Shown here one piece after another: positions 1-8,067 of a DNA stretch of 46,694 nucleotides. The notes below the pieces were generated by a model. The model ran no database searches and was not told where the DNA came from. It was given only the letters and a program-made list of their open reading frames with translations. The translations under genes and the position numbers were made by a program. Origin of the DNA: a virus. Taxonomy: Duplodnaviria > Caudoviricetes. The stretch lies in IMG/VR virus record IMGVR_UViG_3300037424_000783, positions 1-46,694 of that record, one strand, 5' to 3'. Within the stretch, counting starts at the first letter, position 1; each line of letters opens with the position of its first letter.

Positions 1-226
1 TCTGCGACGATATCTACCATATTCCTAAGCAAGCCATACCAAGGCCAATTACTGTCTCTGAACCCACAAACATCACCAGAAGATGGGTCGTAAACAATTA
101 CATCTCTATGGTTGGAGGAAAGAATCTCTGCATCTTTGAACTCAACCGAAATTGGCGTTATCACATTTATTCTCCGTTTTTACAGATATGATTGCAGTTG
201 ATTAAACTATTCGGTGAACAATTTCA

Positions 227-499
227 TTATCCTTTAGCAATTGCTGGCAACAACACGAACTTAAGATCCTGTTCTCTGCAGAGACCACATTTCCCTATAA
301 CACTCCCAGATCTTTTTAGTTCATCATAACCATAAGTTCCACTCATTACAATAATGTTAGTGCCACAATTGGGGCACGAGCAATGCAAATCTTCATTGTT
401 TTGTTCGTTTGATTTCGGCAACTTACAATCGATGCATGGTTTTGACGAAGAAAATAATAGTATCATTCCTGTGTCTTTACACGATGAACACTTGTACAT
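227..499 (-). CDS. Small Cys-rich (multiple CxxC) Zn-finger protein
   Basis: SD GAAGGAG before ATG at 499 (MYKCSSCKDTG); four CxxC pairs; start refined from the 227..616 ORF. Confidence 0.7.
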   Translation of the reverse strand: MYKCSSCKDTGMILLFSSSKPCIDCKLPKSNEQNNEDLHCSCPNCGTNIIVMSGTYGYDELKRSGSVIGKCGLCREQDLKFVLLPAIAKG

Positions 500-557
500 A
501 TTATCTCCTTCGTAGAATTCAAAATTCAATAAATTTTGAAAGATGGTGCTTCCACAA

Positions 558-776
558 TCAATCGCAATTTGCGAAAGATTTCCAAATGACCTTGTTTCCG
601 GATACATTGATTTCAAACGGCATCCCGTACCCGGCAGGATGGAAATAAAGCATATTCATTTGAACTAGCGCCACTTCGTCGCTTGAAGGGATTTCACCAT
701 CAAATTCAGCTTCGTATTGATTATGCTCCCCCACCCTACTTCCACGTTTCACAACTCTTGCCGAGATGATTGCCAT
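558..776 (-). CDS. Hypothetical protein
   Basis: GGAG SD before ATG (MAIISARV); part of the leftward gene train. Confidence 0.65.
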   Translation of the reverse strand: MAIISARVVKRGSRVGEHNQYEAEFDGEIPSSDEVALVQMNMLYFHPAGYGMPFEINVSGNKVIWKSFANCD

Positions 777-901
777 TGTTTTCTCCACACTTAGACCACA
801 CTTCCATACATTAAAGTGTGGATTTGCTGTCTATTGTTTTACTGGCAGACCCAGACTTGGGATCAAAGAAAACTGAATTAGAAGTTGGCGGATTTTGCAG
901 T

Positions 902-1129
902 TTATTCCCCAATTTTGACGATTTCGATGAAATCTCCATATCCACTGTAATCTATAGGAATATTTGGAGATTGTGGTGTCGCGCTACGAAAGTTATAACC
1001 CAACCATCTTTCACAATACCCTTGAGCCTTATCAAAGGTATCGCAGATTGGGTGTTTCCACGATCGATCTACTGCATGTTGTGGGAATTGAGCTATTTTG
1101 TGGTTATCGCATACTATGTAAATGTTCAT
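902..1129 (-). CDS. Hypothetical protein
   Basis: ATG (MNIYIVCD) directly follows the stop of the 1131..1310 ORF. Confidence 0.6.
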   Translation of the reverse strand: MNIYIVCDNHKIAQFPQHAVDRSWKHPICDTFDKAQGYCERWLGYNFRSATPQSPNIPIDYSGYGDFIEIVKIGE

Positions 1130-1130
1130 A

Positions 1131-1310
1131 CTACTTTTCCTCGCACTCAAACCCATCTGGCGCAGGGAACACGCCGCCGCATTCGCTACATACCGAGTAA
1201 TTTTTGTCATCTTCCCCTGTAAAATAAGTCATTGGGGTAAGATCGCCCGCTGTTTTCTTCGGATTTTGACTACACCGTGGACACGAACTTACAACTGTTA
1301 ATTCATCCAT
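1131..1310 (-). CDS. 59-aa Zn-ribbon microprotein (not in ORF track)
   Basis: Manual translation MDELTVVSSCPRCSQ...SVCSECGGVFPAPDGFECEEK; two CxxC; purine-rich SD. Confidence 0.7.
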   Translation of the reverse strand: MDELTVVSSCPRCSQNPKKTAGDLTPMTYFTGEDDKNYSVCSECGGVFPAPDGFECEEK

Positions 1311-1331
1311 TCTTCCACCCTTTTAAAGACA

Positions 1332-1440
1332 AAATACCCTCAATCGCACACCCGGTAATATGTGGTTCCGCTCCACCGGGTATGGTTGCGACCCATTCAG
1401 GCTAACCCGTATACTGCCGGATGCACGATAGAAGGTACTT
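1332..1440 (-). ncRNA. Candidate structured small RNA (long stem plus multi-branch head)
   Basis: Intergenic. Minus-strand AAGUACCUUC/GAGGGUAUUU and AUCGUGCAUCCGG/CCGGGUGUGCGAU pair fully using G-U pairs; inner helices CGGGU/ACCCG, AUGG/CCAU, GUGG/CCAC. Confidence 0.6.
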
Positions 1441-1451
1441 AAGACTATTGT

Positions 1452-1655
1452 TTACAACCATTTAGCACATATTTCTGGTTTTTCAAAACCCTTTTTTGTG
1501 TTTTCTTTTTGACATGTTTCACATATCCACAATTGGATAGTTGAAACCTTATAAATTCCAATTAAAATAGTAGACAAAAACGATTTCATGAGTCTACTAC
1601 TTGAGGAATAACGCCCACAAACTGCGCATCGTTTAATTACAGAGTCTCGAAACAT
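1452..1655 (-). CDS. Small Zn-finger protein
   Basis: AAGGAG SD before MFRDSV; CAVC...CETC. Confidence 0.6.
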   Translation of the reverse strand: MFRDSVIKRCAVCGRYSSSSRLMKSFLSTILIGIYKVSTIQLWICETCQKENTKKGFEKPEICAKWL

Positions 1656-1682
1656 GACTATTACTCCTTTGCTGTCAAGCAC

Positions 1683-1952
1683 TTACGTCAAAATCCACTC
1701 AACGTCCTGTGTTGCTTCATCCATGAACTTTATAAGAGATTGATAATAGTCGAAACTATAAGCGTAGAATGTGTTCACATAGCATATTCCAATTGGAATA
1801 TTACCGCCGAATCGCTCTGTTCGCAATTCTAAAATCCACTTGTGGTTATTCTTGTCGAAATCTACGACGAAACGTTTTTCTGTTTTTGGCTGTCTATTTT
1901 CTTTTTTACAGTCCAATTCTATTAAAAATCTAGATTGGCACGAATCGCACAT
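1683..1952 (-). CDS. Hypothetical protein
   Basis: GGGGAG SD before MCDSCQ. Confidence 0.6.
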   Translation of the reverse strand: MCDSCQSRFLIELDCKKENRQPKTEKRFVVDFDKNNHKWILELRTERFGGNIPIGICYVNTFYAYSFDYYQSLIKFMDEATQDVEWILT

Positions 1953-2007
1953 TTTGTTTTCTCCCCTAGACAGATAATGCATAAAAAGGATATTGTTTCA
2001 AAAGATA

Positions 2008-2166
2008 CTAGGGCTTGCTTTCTGCAGATCCTTTTTCTTTCTTGCATACGGTGCATCTATAAACACCCTTTTGGGCACCCTTTCCCTGTTTTTCGTTGTG
2101 GACCCTTCGACCCGGACCATGAATTCTATCTTGTGCATCATGCTTACAATCACATTTCAAAATCAT
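2008..2166 (-). CDS. Zn-ribbon microprotein
   Basis: AAGGAAG SD before MILKCDCKH; C-terminal RCTVC. Confidence 0.65.
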   Translation of the reverse strand: MILKCDCKHDAQDRIHGPGRRVHNEKQGKGAQKGVYRCTVCKKEKGSAESKP

Positions 2167-2604
2167 TTTGACTTCCTTTCTAAGATAACACAATGACAAC
2201 TACTTTATTTCGAATAAACCTTAAGGGGGTTATAGGGAATTGGTGGTGGGGTTGAAGGATTTTGGGAAAACCCGGTTCGCACACACACCCCGACTCTGAT
2301 ATTCCCTCAATATCATTATGATATCACCCCTAAGTGTCTTTTTGGGGCTATAAATGGGGTTTTTGGGGTTATAAAAAATGCAAAAAAAATGCTTTATTTC
2401 CCCTAAAATACCTTGAAAACAGGACAAAATGCCTTTCTGGACAATTCACCACATCGCAATTATGAAAATAATAGTCAATATGATGATTTTTATTGCCTTT
2501 TTCATGGCAAATCTTCCAAAAAGTATTCAATTGTAACAAGAAAATGGTGACTCAGACCCCATTTGCGCTCTAAAAACGCGGTTTTATTGCTTTTCTACTA
2601 CTTT

Positions 2605-2612
2605 GTGTATAA
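2605..2612 (+). promoter_or_regulatory. GTGTATAA phage promoter-like motif
   Basis: Same octamer recurs upstream of late genes; 7 nt before ATG 2620. Confidence 0.55.
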
Positions 2613-2619
2613 CAACACT

Positions 2620-3180
2620 ATGAAATGGGGAGAAACATACAGAAAAATAAGATTTGAAGAAGGTTTATGCTTCTACCCAAATTGTAAAAATAGAAGATTG
2701 CAGGACAACAAGGTGTGTAAGGATTGTTTTACTAATATTAAAAGAAAAAACAAGGAATCCAGGGAAAAACGTGTTAATAAGTTATCAGCCCTTGGATTAT
2801 GCACTAGATGTGGTGTGGAAAAATATCTGCCCTCATACTCGAATAGGCCAACCAAAACTAGGCGTTGCCAAATCTGCTACTTAAAAACGGTTTCCTTCAG
2901 ACACTTCGATTGCGAAGATTATTACATAGATTTGCTACACAAACTCCAAAAGCAAGATTTCAAATGCGCCTACACTGGAGACTATCTTATTTTAGGAATA
3001 AATGATTCTTTAGACCACATATTCCCTAAAAAGAAGTTTCCGGAAAAGGCAAAGTCTTTGGATAATATCCAATGGGTGACAAGAGATATAAATAGGATGA
3101 AATCTTCTTTCGAAGAAACTTTATTTATCGAATTGGCGAGAAAAATTGCGAATTGGGTGTCAGACACCAAAGGATTGTAA
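2620..3180 (+). CDS. HNH endonuclease with N-terminal Zn fingers (free-standing, antisense to neighbours)
   Basis: Q-D-F-KCAYTG...SLDHIFP...NIQWV...INRMKS HNH signature; GTGTATAA 7 nt before the ATG. Confidence 0.85.
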   Translation: MKWGETYRKIRFEEGLCFYPNCKNRRLQDNKVCKDCFTNIKRKNKESREKRVNKLSALGLCTRCGVEKYLPSYSNRPTKTRRCQICYLKTVSFRHFDCEDYYIDLLHKLQKQDFKCAYTGDYLILGINDSLDHIFPKKKFPEKAKSLDNIQWVTRDINRMKSSFEETLFIELARKIANWVSDTKGL

Positions 3181-3185
3181 CAGAT

Positions 3186-3410
3186 TCAGCAAACCCACTT
3201 GGCGTCTGGAATGAGTTCAACTTCGGTTGTGGGATTAGAGAAAAGGGCTTCTGAACCATTAGCCTCAACTGAGTAAAAATAGGCTTCAGGACACGATTGA
3301 TATCCGCCATTGGTTCTCATATAGAACTTTTCGGCATATTGGAAACATTCTCCGATTTTGATATCGCAGATTTTGCGCATATTCGTCTTTTGGATAATTT
3401 CCAATTTCAT
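3186..3410 (-). CDS. Hypothetical protein
   Basis: 74-aa ORF with AAGGA SD. Confidence 0.65.
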   Translation of the reverse strand: MKLEIIQKTNMRKICDIKIGECFQYAEKFYMRTNGGYQSCPEAYFYSVEANGSEALFSNPTTEVELIPDAKWVC

Positions 3411-3422
3411 TTGAGTTCCTTT

Positions 3423-3593
3423 CTATTTAGACTTTGGGATTCCCGGAAAAGTTATAATTATCTTGGCCCAATTTCCGAACTCTTTCCGCAAGTCGTCCAT
3501 GACGGATTCGAAACTTACGCAATAATTGCTGATTTCTTTTTCGCCATCCTCAATTTCTTGCTCCATGACGATGATTTTATAGTAGATTTTCAT
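3423..3593 (-). CDS. Hypothetical protein
   Basis: AAGGGA SD before MKIYYK; start refined. Confidence 0.55.
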   Translation of the reverse strand: MKIYYKIIVMEQEIEDGEKEISNYCVSFESVMDDLRKEFGNWAKIIITFPGIPKSK

Positions 3594-3603
3594 CTTTTCC
3601 CTT

Positions 3604-3768
3604 TCAAAAGCCAGCACGACGTAGAAGATCGTAGCATTCAGAGCAATACACACAATCATGCCCGTCTACGAATCCTTCATTTTCGGTTCGGCCATGACAC
3701 AAACCACAGGGTAGGGAATAGATATCTTCATCGTCTAGCTCTTCATCATCCGGTGGGTATGAAAGCAT
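3604..3768 (-). CDS. 54-aa acidic Zn-finger microprotein (not in ORF track)
   Basis: AAGGAG SD; MLSYPPDDEELDDEDIYSLPCGLC...YCSECYDLLRRAGF. Confidence 0.7.
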   Translation of the reverse strand: MLSYPPDDEELDDEDIYSLPCGLCHGRTENEGFVDGHDCVYCSECYDLLRRAGF

Positions 3769-3836
3769 TTTCGACTCCTTGTATTGAGGTTTATGCGTTT
3801 ATGTAACTAGTTGACTTACGAATGAAAAAATGTGTA

Positions 3837-3861
3837 TTTACCAGAGGTAATCTCTGGTAAA
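3837..3861. repeat. Perfect 10-bp inverted repeat (hairpin or operator)
   Basis: TTTACCAGAG-GTAAT-CTCTGGTAAA, intergenic. Confidence 0.6.
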
Positions 3862-3888
3862 CCAATCAAGTTTTCAATGTAAGTTAAA

Positions 3889-4113
3889 TTATCGGGTTGT
3901 TTCTGATACAATTCTTCTCGCGCACACTTCGAATTCTGAACCAAATCCCCATTTTGCTAGAGCGGTAATAATCTTATTCACGACTTCTCCATTCACTTCT
4001 GCCGAATCTTTCCAGAGTGCGCGATCAATCTTTTTTGCCAACTCACGATCCGGCATAGTGACCAACTCGGACAAAAGATAACAACCCAATTGTGATGTTT
4101 TAATATGCTCCAT
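3889..4113 (-). CDS. Hypothetical protein
   Basis: GGAAGGA SD before MEHIKTSQ; start refined. Confidence 0.6.
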   Translation of the reverse strand: MEHIKTSQLGCYLLSELVTMPDRELAKKIDRALWKDSAEVNGEVVNKIITALAKWGFGSEFEVCARRIVSETTR

Positions 4114-4117
4114 TGAT

Positions 4118-4561
4118 TTAATCCTTCCTGCCATACTTGGCTTTGTGATTTCGGTTTTTTGCCCGTTTTGCCTTTTTGTGCGACTTTTCTCTCTCTTGAC
4201 GCACGACAGGATCAAGTGACGCCAGATGGACTTCGGCTCTGGTAGCCAAGAGACACGGCATTTTGCGAGGACGTGTTGCGGTTGCTCTAGCCTTTTTCAG
4301 ACCTGTTCCGTCTAACGTCTGGACGAATTTTGCATCATCTCGTCTTGGTCTTTTGATTGAAAAGCCGAAATTGCCATCCCCAGCTTTCATTGAAAGAGGA
4401 TCAGTCTTTCGCGCTTTGCGTACATCGATTGCGCGGATCGTATATTCCCCCACGGAAAGCCCATTCATTTTTGCGAACTTACGATCTCTTCCCTGAAGAA
4501 CATTGAAAGGGCGCATCCGTTGGATTCTGCGCGCCTCTTCTGACAGATACGACTTGTCCAT
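4118..4561 (-). CDS. Very basic (Arg/Lys-rich) hypothetical protein, possible nucleic-acid binder
   Basis: AAGGGG SD; K/R-rich throughout with a basic C-tail; first gene downstream of the large non-coding region. Confidence 0.7.
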   Translation of the reverse strand: MDKSYLSEEARRIQRMRPFNVLQGRDRKFAKMNGLSVGEYTIRAIDVRKARKTDPLSMKAGDGNFGFSIKRPRRDDAKFVQTLDGTGLKKARATATRPRKMPCLLATRAEVHLASLDPVVRQEREKSHKKAKRAKNRNHKAKYGRKD

Positions 4562-4599
4562 ACGAATCCCCTTTCTTGAAAAATGCCAGCGGACCTTGA

Positions 4600-5900
4600 A
4601 AAATGTCGGACCCGCGAGCCGCAGTGCAATTAAGGATAGTTACCCGGAATAGAGTAACCGTATCCGGGCGAATTCTATTACCTTGCCTGTTTCCGGGATT
4701 TCACCGACAGCGCAGATAAGCACCCGCTACTAACTATCCATAACCTATTTCGGGATTCGAACCCGAACCCACGGAAATGGCAGAGTGGCTTAATCCTCTT
4801 TTCCGTTATGCCCAATTTCACACCTTATAGGTTAAGCGCTATTTTAGGGCGCTACTCTAGAACTATGGCACTAACGATCTCTTGTGCTAGACCTAATAGT
4901 GTCAATATCAAGGTTCATTAAGGACAGAGCTTCCCGAAAGATAGATATGACTTGAGCATAGCAAGCCGAAACACTAAGCGAACCCATAAAACTATCGGAC
5001 TCGCAGTTCGAATTCGGACCATACTCTACCTTTGCTGTCCCGCGCTACATTTATCGTACCAGCACTTCAAGTCCCAATAACCACCAGGATTATTGAACCT
5101 TGACGCCGCATCTCCAGCCCATAATAACCGATCCCGCTATCGGAGCGCAACGACCAAACGACCACGGATAAGATAGTCGCCGACCCGATAATAACGCACT
5201 CCGAATTGTGGCGCAATAGTTTAATTGTGGACTATTGGAGATGGAATATAACTCACGCGATTTTCGGCCCGCCTAGAGATAAAAATAGGCCCTATAATAA
5301 TTAGCGGGACTACCGATAAATCGGAGTTTGGCCGCATTATAGGACCATCATTCAACTCTTTGATTTTCGGACTTCCTTATGCGCTTTCCCTAATCGGTTT
5401 GTTCTCGGACTTTACTTGACGCACTATCAATGCGCTTTCCAAGCCTTGAGCCGAGACCGATAACGGTATTCACATACTTCGTCCAATAACCGAAGACGGT
5501 CGATAACCTAACGTACTGATAGGCATGAGGGGGAGACTCAGACCGATAACCTTGACTAATCCTCAGACCCTGAGCGCGATCCCCGCACCCAATCAGACCC
5601 TACAAGCGGACTAGGAGCATTATTCGGACCTATCCGATCCTCAGCGGTCAGCCCGATAACTAATCGGACACCCGCTACACAGGCGCGAAGCCCCTCCAGA
5701 CACCGACAGGGACTAGCTTATGTTAGTCCTATAATTCCAGAAGTTATCTGGACTCTCGATGTAAGGCGAGACACGTCCTATATGCCAGAGGTCTGGGCAT
5801 ACGCACCCATCCAATTATAGGACGCATCTCGGCTGACACCGATAATGTGTATAACGGTTATTCAAGCGATACCGTAAAACGCTATAAGACCAAGCGCCAT
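4600..5900 (-). ncRNA. Large ORF-free, extensively base-paired region; candidate large ncRNA or ncRNA cluster
   Basis: No ORF >=60 aa in six frames; long-range helices 4634-4642/4731-4739, 4908-4917/5094-5103, 4922-4927/5035-5040, 5109-5116/5236-5243, 5403-5408/5451-5456; strand inferred from promoters and the tRNA-like element. Confidence 0.5.
4742..4832 (-). tRNA. tRNA-like element with enlarged anticodon arm (possible pseudo-tRNA; Gly-GCC-like loop)
   Basis: Acceptor ACCTATA/AATAGGT (one mismatch), D arm TGTG/CATA, stem CGGAA/TTCCG enclosing 24 nt, canonical T arm TCGGG-TTCGAAT-CCCGA; no encoded CCA. Confidence 0.55.
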
Positions 5901-5907
5901 GATCGGA

Positions 5908-6222
5908 CTAAGAGCCGACCTTTGCGAACGCCGACCGAATACTCGCGGTCGAAGCGCGCTGTCCGAGAACCGCTTGAGCGATCGTCGAAGCGTTATCGGA
6001 ACCGAAATTGAGGTTCGACGGCGGAGTATATCCCTCTCCGTTCTCGGCGAGAATCTTCAAGGCGTCGATAACCTCTTGCGCGTCGAGCATCGACTGCTGA
6101 GGATTCTTGGACGCAATGATCGCCTCGACGAACTTCCGGTTCGTCTTGTAGCGCGGACCCGTCTTGAGGAACAGACCCTGGACATCGACTCCCGACTTCG
6201 GTTGGGTGGTGGTGGTACTCAT
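5908..6222 (-). CDS. Hypothetical early protein with GC-rich codon usage
   Basis: GGAG SD; directly downstream of strong promoters; third codon positions mostly C/G. Confidence 0.8.
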   Translation of the reverse strand: MSTTTTQPKSGVDVQGLFLKTGPRYKTNRKFVEAIIASKNPQQSMLDAQEVIDALKILAENGEGYTPPSNLNFGSDNASTIAQAVLGQRASTASIRSAFAKVGS

Positions 6223-6366
6223 AGGAGACTCCTATAATAGAACCTCACCATCCCGACCACAGGACCATCCCATAATCGGGATGGCGCTTGCAAGTCGTTA
6301 TGTCTGATAACTTCCGCCTTTACGGGTATCGCTTTGCACGATAGGATACCTCGAATTGACTATCCA

Positions 6367-6395
6367 ATTATACTACACTTTCGCGGGGAAGTCAA
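6367..6395 (-). promoter_or_regulatory. sigma70-type early promoter
   Basis: TTGACT-17 nt-TATAAT with A-tract upstream. Confidence 0.85.
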
Positions 6396-6437
6396 GCGCT
6401 TTTTTGCGCTTTTCTTTTTTCTCCCTGCGATATACTG

Positions 6438-6466
6438 ATTCTAGGCGCGCACCAAGCGGAAGTCAA
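6438..6466 (-). promoter_or_regulatory. sigma70-type early promoter
   Basis: TTGACT-17 nt-TAGAAT with AT-rich upstream region. Confidence 0.75.
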
Positions 6467-6684
6467 GCTTTTGGGCTAAATATTTTTATTATTGGCATAA
6501 TCCTATAAGTTCCTATTGGAACGCTTCCAAATTGGGTTATTATCAGTATTGTCCTATAAAAGAGAGGTCCGATAGTAATTTTCTTTTTAGTCCGGTAATA
6601 ATAAAAAGTGCGCAGGTTGCCCCTTCTCGCATTGTTTTATAAGACCTCTGCCCGAAACGTCCTTCTTTTTTAATTGTATACTAA

Positions 6685-6713
6685 ATTATACGATACGAAA
6701 CCAGGAAAGTCAA
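6685..6713 (-). promoter_or_regulatory. sigma70-type early promoter
   Basis: TTGACT-17 nt-TATAAT with A/T tract upstream. Confidence 0.85.
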
Positions 6714-6924
6714 GCCCGATAATAAAAATTTTTTCACGTCCGATAAACTCGATAATCCAACGTCCGATAACCGCAGTGTTGTAGTGCGCAAAATTATCGG
6801 ACGCTTTTCAGTCCGATAATTCTTCATGTTATCGGCAGTGCCTGGTCCGATAATGTGTCGTCGGCGCAAAAATTATAGGACGAGGGCAGCGCTTCCCTCC
6901 GTCCCATAATCTTTTAGTTATCGG

Positions 6925-7245
6925 TTATCCACAGACTTGTCCGATAACATCGGCGGCGCGAATATCGGCGTTTGGCCGTTTTCGGACTTGCACCTTATCG
7001 GAATCCTGCTCGTCAACGTCCGAGAATGTAATCCCGCCAAGCCATCCGTCCGATAAAAGAGTCTCTTTCAATCTCTCTACGGCTCTTGTATCGGACATTG
7101 CCATCGCCGTAGTCCCATAAAACCTATGGTGGAATGGTCCGATAATGGTTGCGACCCACATTTTACCGGACCTGCTCAAGCCATACTTCAATGTGGAACG
7201 TTTTGCCAATTTGTTCAGCATAGCTTTACGAAAGGAAAGTGCCAT
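6925..7245 (-). CDS. Hypothetical early protein
   Basis: GGAGG SD; 106 aa; contains several motif copies. Confidence 0.75.
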   Translation of the reverse strand: MALSFRKAMLNKLAKRSTLKYGLSRSGKMWVATIIGPFHHRFYGTTAMAMSDTRAVERLKETLLSDGWLGGITFSDVDEQDSDKVQVRKRPNADIRAADVIGQVCG

Positions 7246-7298
7246 AACTAACCTCCTTATAAGACTAACCTCGTCTAGTTACCGGAACATCCGATAAC

Positions 7299-7568
7299 TC
7301 ATGCTACGTCCTCCCACGTCCGATAATCGCCGTCAAGTGTCTCTGTAACTTGTACTCCGTCCCAATATGTTTTGGTTATCGTACCGTCTTTGTTATCGGT
7401 CACACAGACGAACACGTCCGATAATTGTATGTTCCTTCCATCGTCCAATAATCCGAATTCATTCTCCCATACGTCCAATAACTCGAACGATTCCGTCTCA
7501 CCGAACAGTCCGATAACGTCTCCCACCTTGACTTGCATGGTCCTATTAACTCTCGCCATATACAACAT
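7299..7568 (-). CDS. Acidic hypothetical early protein
   Basis: GGAG-TTATAGGAC-ATG; D/E-rich. Confidence 0.7.
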   Translation of the reverse strand: MLYMARVNRTMQVKVGDVIGLFGETESFELLDVWENEFGLLDDGRNIQLSDVFVCVTDNKDGTITKTYWDGVQVTETLDGDYRTWEDVA

Positions 7569-7571
7569 GTC

Positions 7572-7661
7572 CTATAACTCCTTCAAGTCTCGAATGGCCG
7601 ATAACAACTTGATAGTTCCTATAACCATCATCAGGCCACATGTTCCGATAAGTGCGATCAT
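7572..7661 (-). CDS. 29-aa hydrophobic peptide (not in ORF track)
   Basis: GGAGG-TTATCGG-ATG; MIALIGTCGLMMVIGTIKLLSAIRDLKEL. Confidence 0.55.
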   Translation of the reverse strand: MIALIGTCGLMMVIGTIKLLSAIRDLKEL

Positions 7662-7672
7662 CCGATAACCTC

Positions 7673-7876
7673 CTAGTACCATCGTCCGATAATCTGTACC
7701 AACCGTCTCTCTTTATCGGTCGTTTCATTTATCGGAAGTTCTTGTATTTTATCGACCCTCCGCTGCAAGTCATCTATTATAAGACCGGCATCGAATATCG
7801 GGTCATCATAATTATCGGCTATATCTCCAAGCCCAGCGTCCGATAATTCTTTCAGGATTGAACTCTTAAGGTCCAT
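7673..7876 (-). CDS. Acidic hypothetical early protein
   Basis: GGAGG SD before MDLKSSILK; start refined. Confidence 0.7.
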   Translation of the reverse strand: MDLKSSILKELSDAGLGDIADNYDDPIFDAGLIIDDLQRRVDKIQELPINETTDKERRLVQIIGRWY

Positions 7877-7884
7877 ATAACCTC

Positions 7885-8010
7885 CTATCGTCGGCTCCGT
7901 CCGATATGTCTGCGGCCATATCCATTGCCAGCGACCGATAATGCGTTGCAAAACATTTTGATTGCGAGTCCGATAATCACCAATGCGCCGATCGTCAAAA
8001 TAGGTTCCAT
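7885..8010 (-). CDS. 41-aa membrane peptide
   Basis: AAGGGAG SD before MEPILTIGALVIIGLAIKM; first ORF after the 8039-8067 promoter. Confidence 0.6.
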   Translation of the reverse strand: MEPILTIGALVIIGLAIKMFCNALSVAGNGYGRRHIGRSRR

Positions 8011-8038
8011 TTTATTTCTCCCTTTCTTTGATACCCAA

Positions 8039-8067
8039 AGTATAGGATAGGTCGGAGGGGAAAGCAA
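8039..8067 (-). promoter_or_regulatory. sigma70-type early promoter
   Basis: TTGCTT-17 nt-TATACT with T-rich upstream region. Confidence 0.7.

Noticed and set aside
1-170. Partial minus-strand ORF (MQRFFSSN...) with upstream SD-ATG-TGA-TAA
   Set aside because: Truncated by the window edge; cannot distinguish a start-stop element, a pseudogene or chance
2225-2370. G-quadruplex or helicase remnant (MILREYQ) in the intergenic region
   Set aside because: G-runs have long irregular loops, and the LREYQ similarity is five residues with no further helicase motifs
5899-6237. 112-aa plus-strand ORF
   Set aside because: Antisense shadow of the GC-coded 5908..6222 gene, which has the SD and promoters
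6681-6869. 62-aa minus-strand ORF (also 7546..7728 - and 8152..8388 +)
   Set aside because: Translations consist largely of motif-derived LSD/YRT/IIG/SPI words, lack an SD and overlap promoters or better-supported genes
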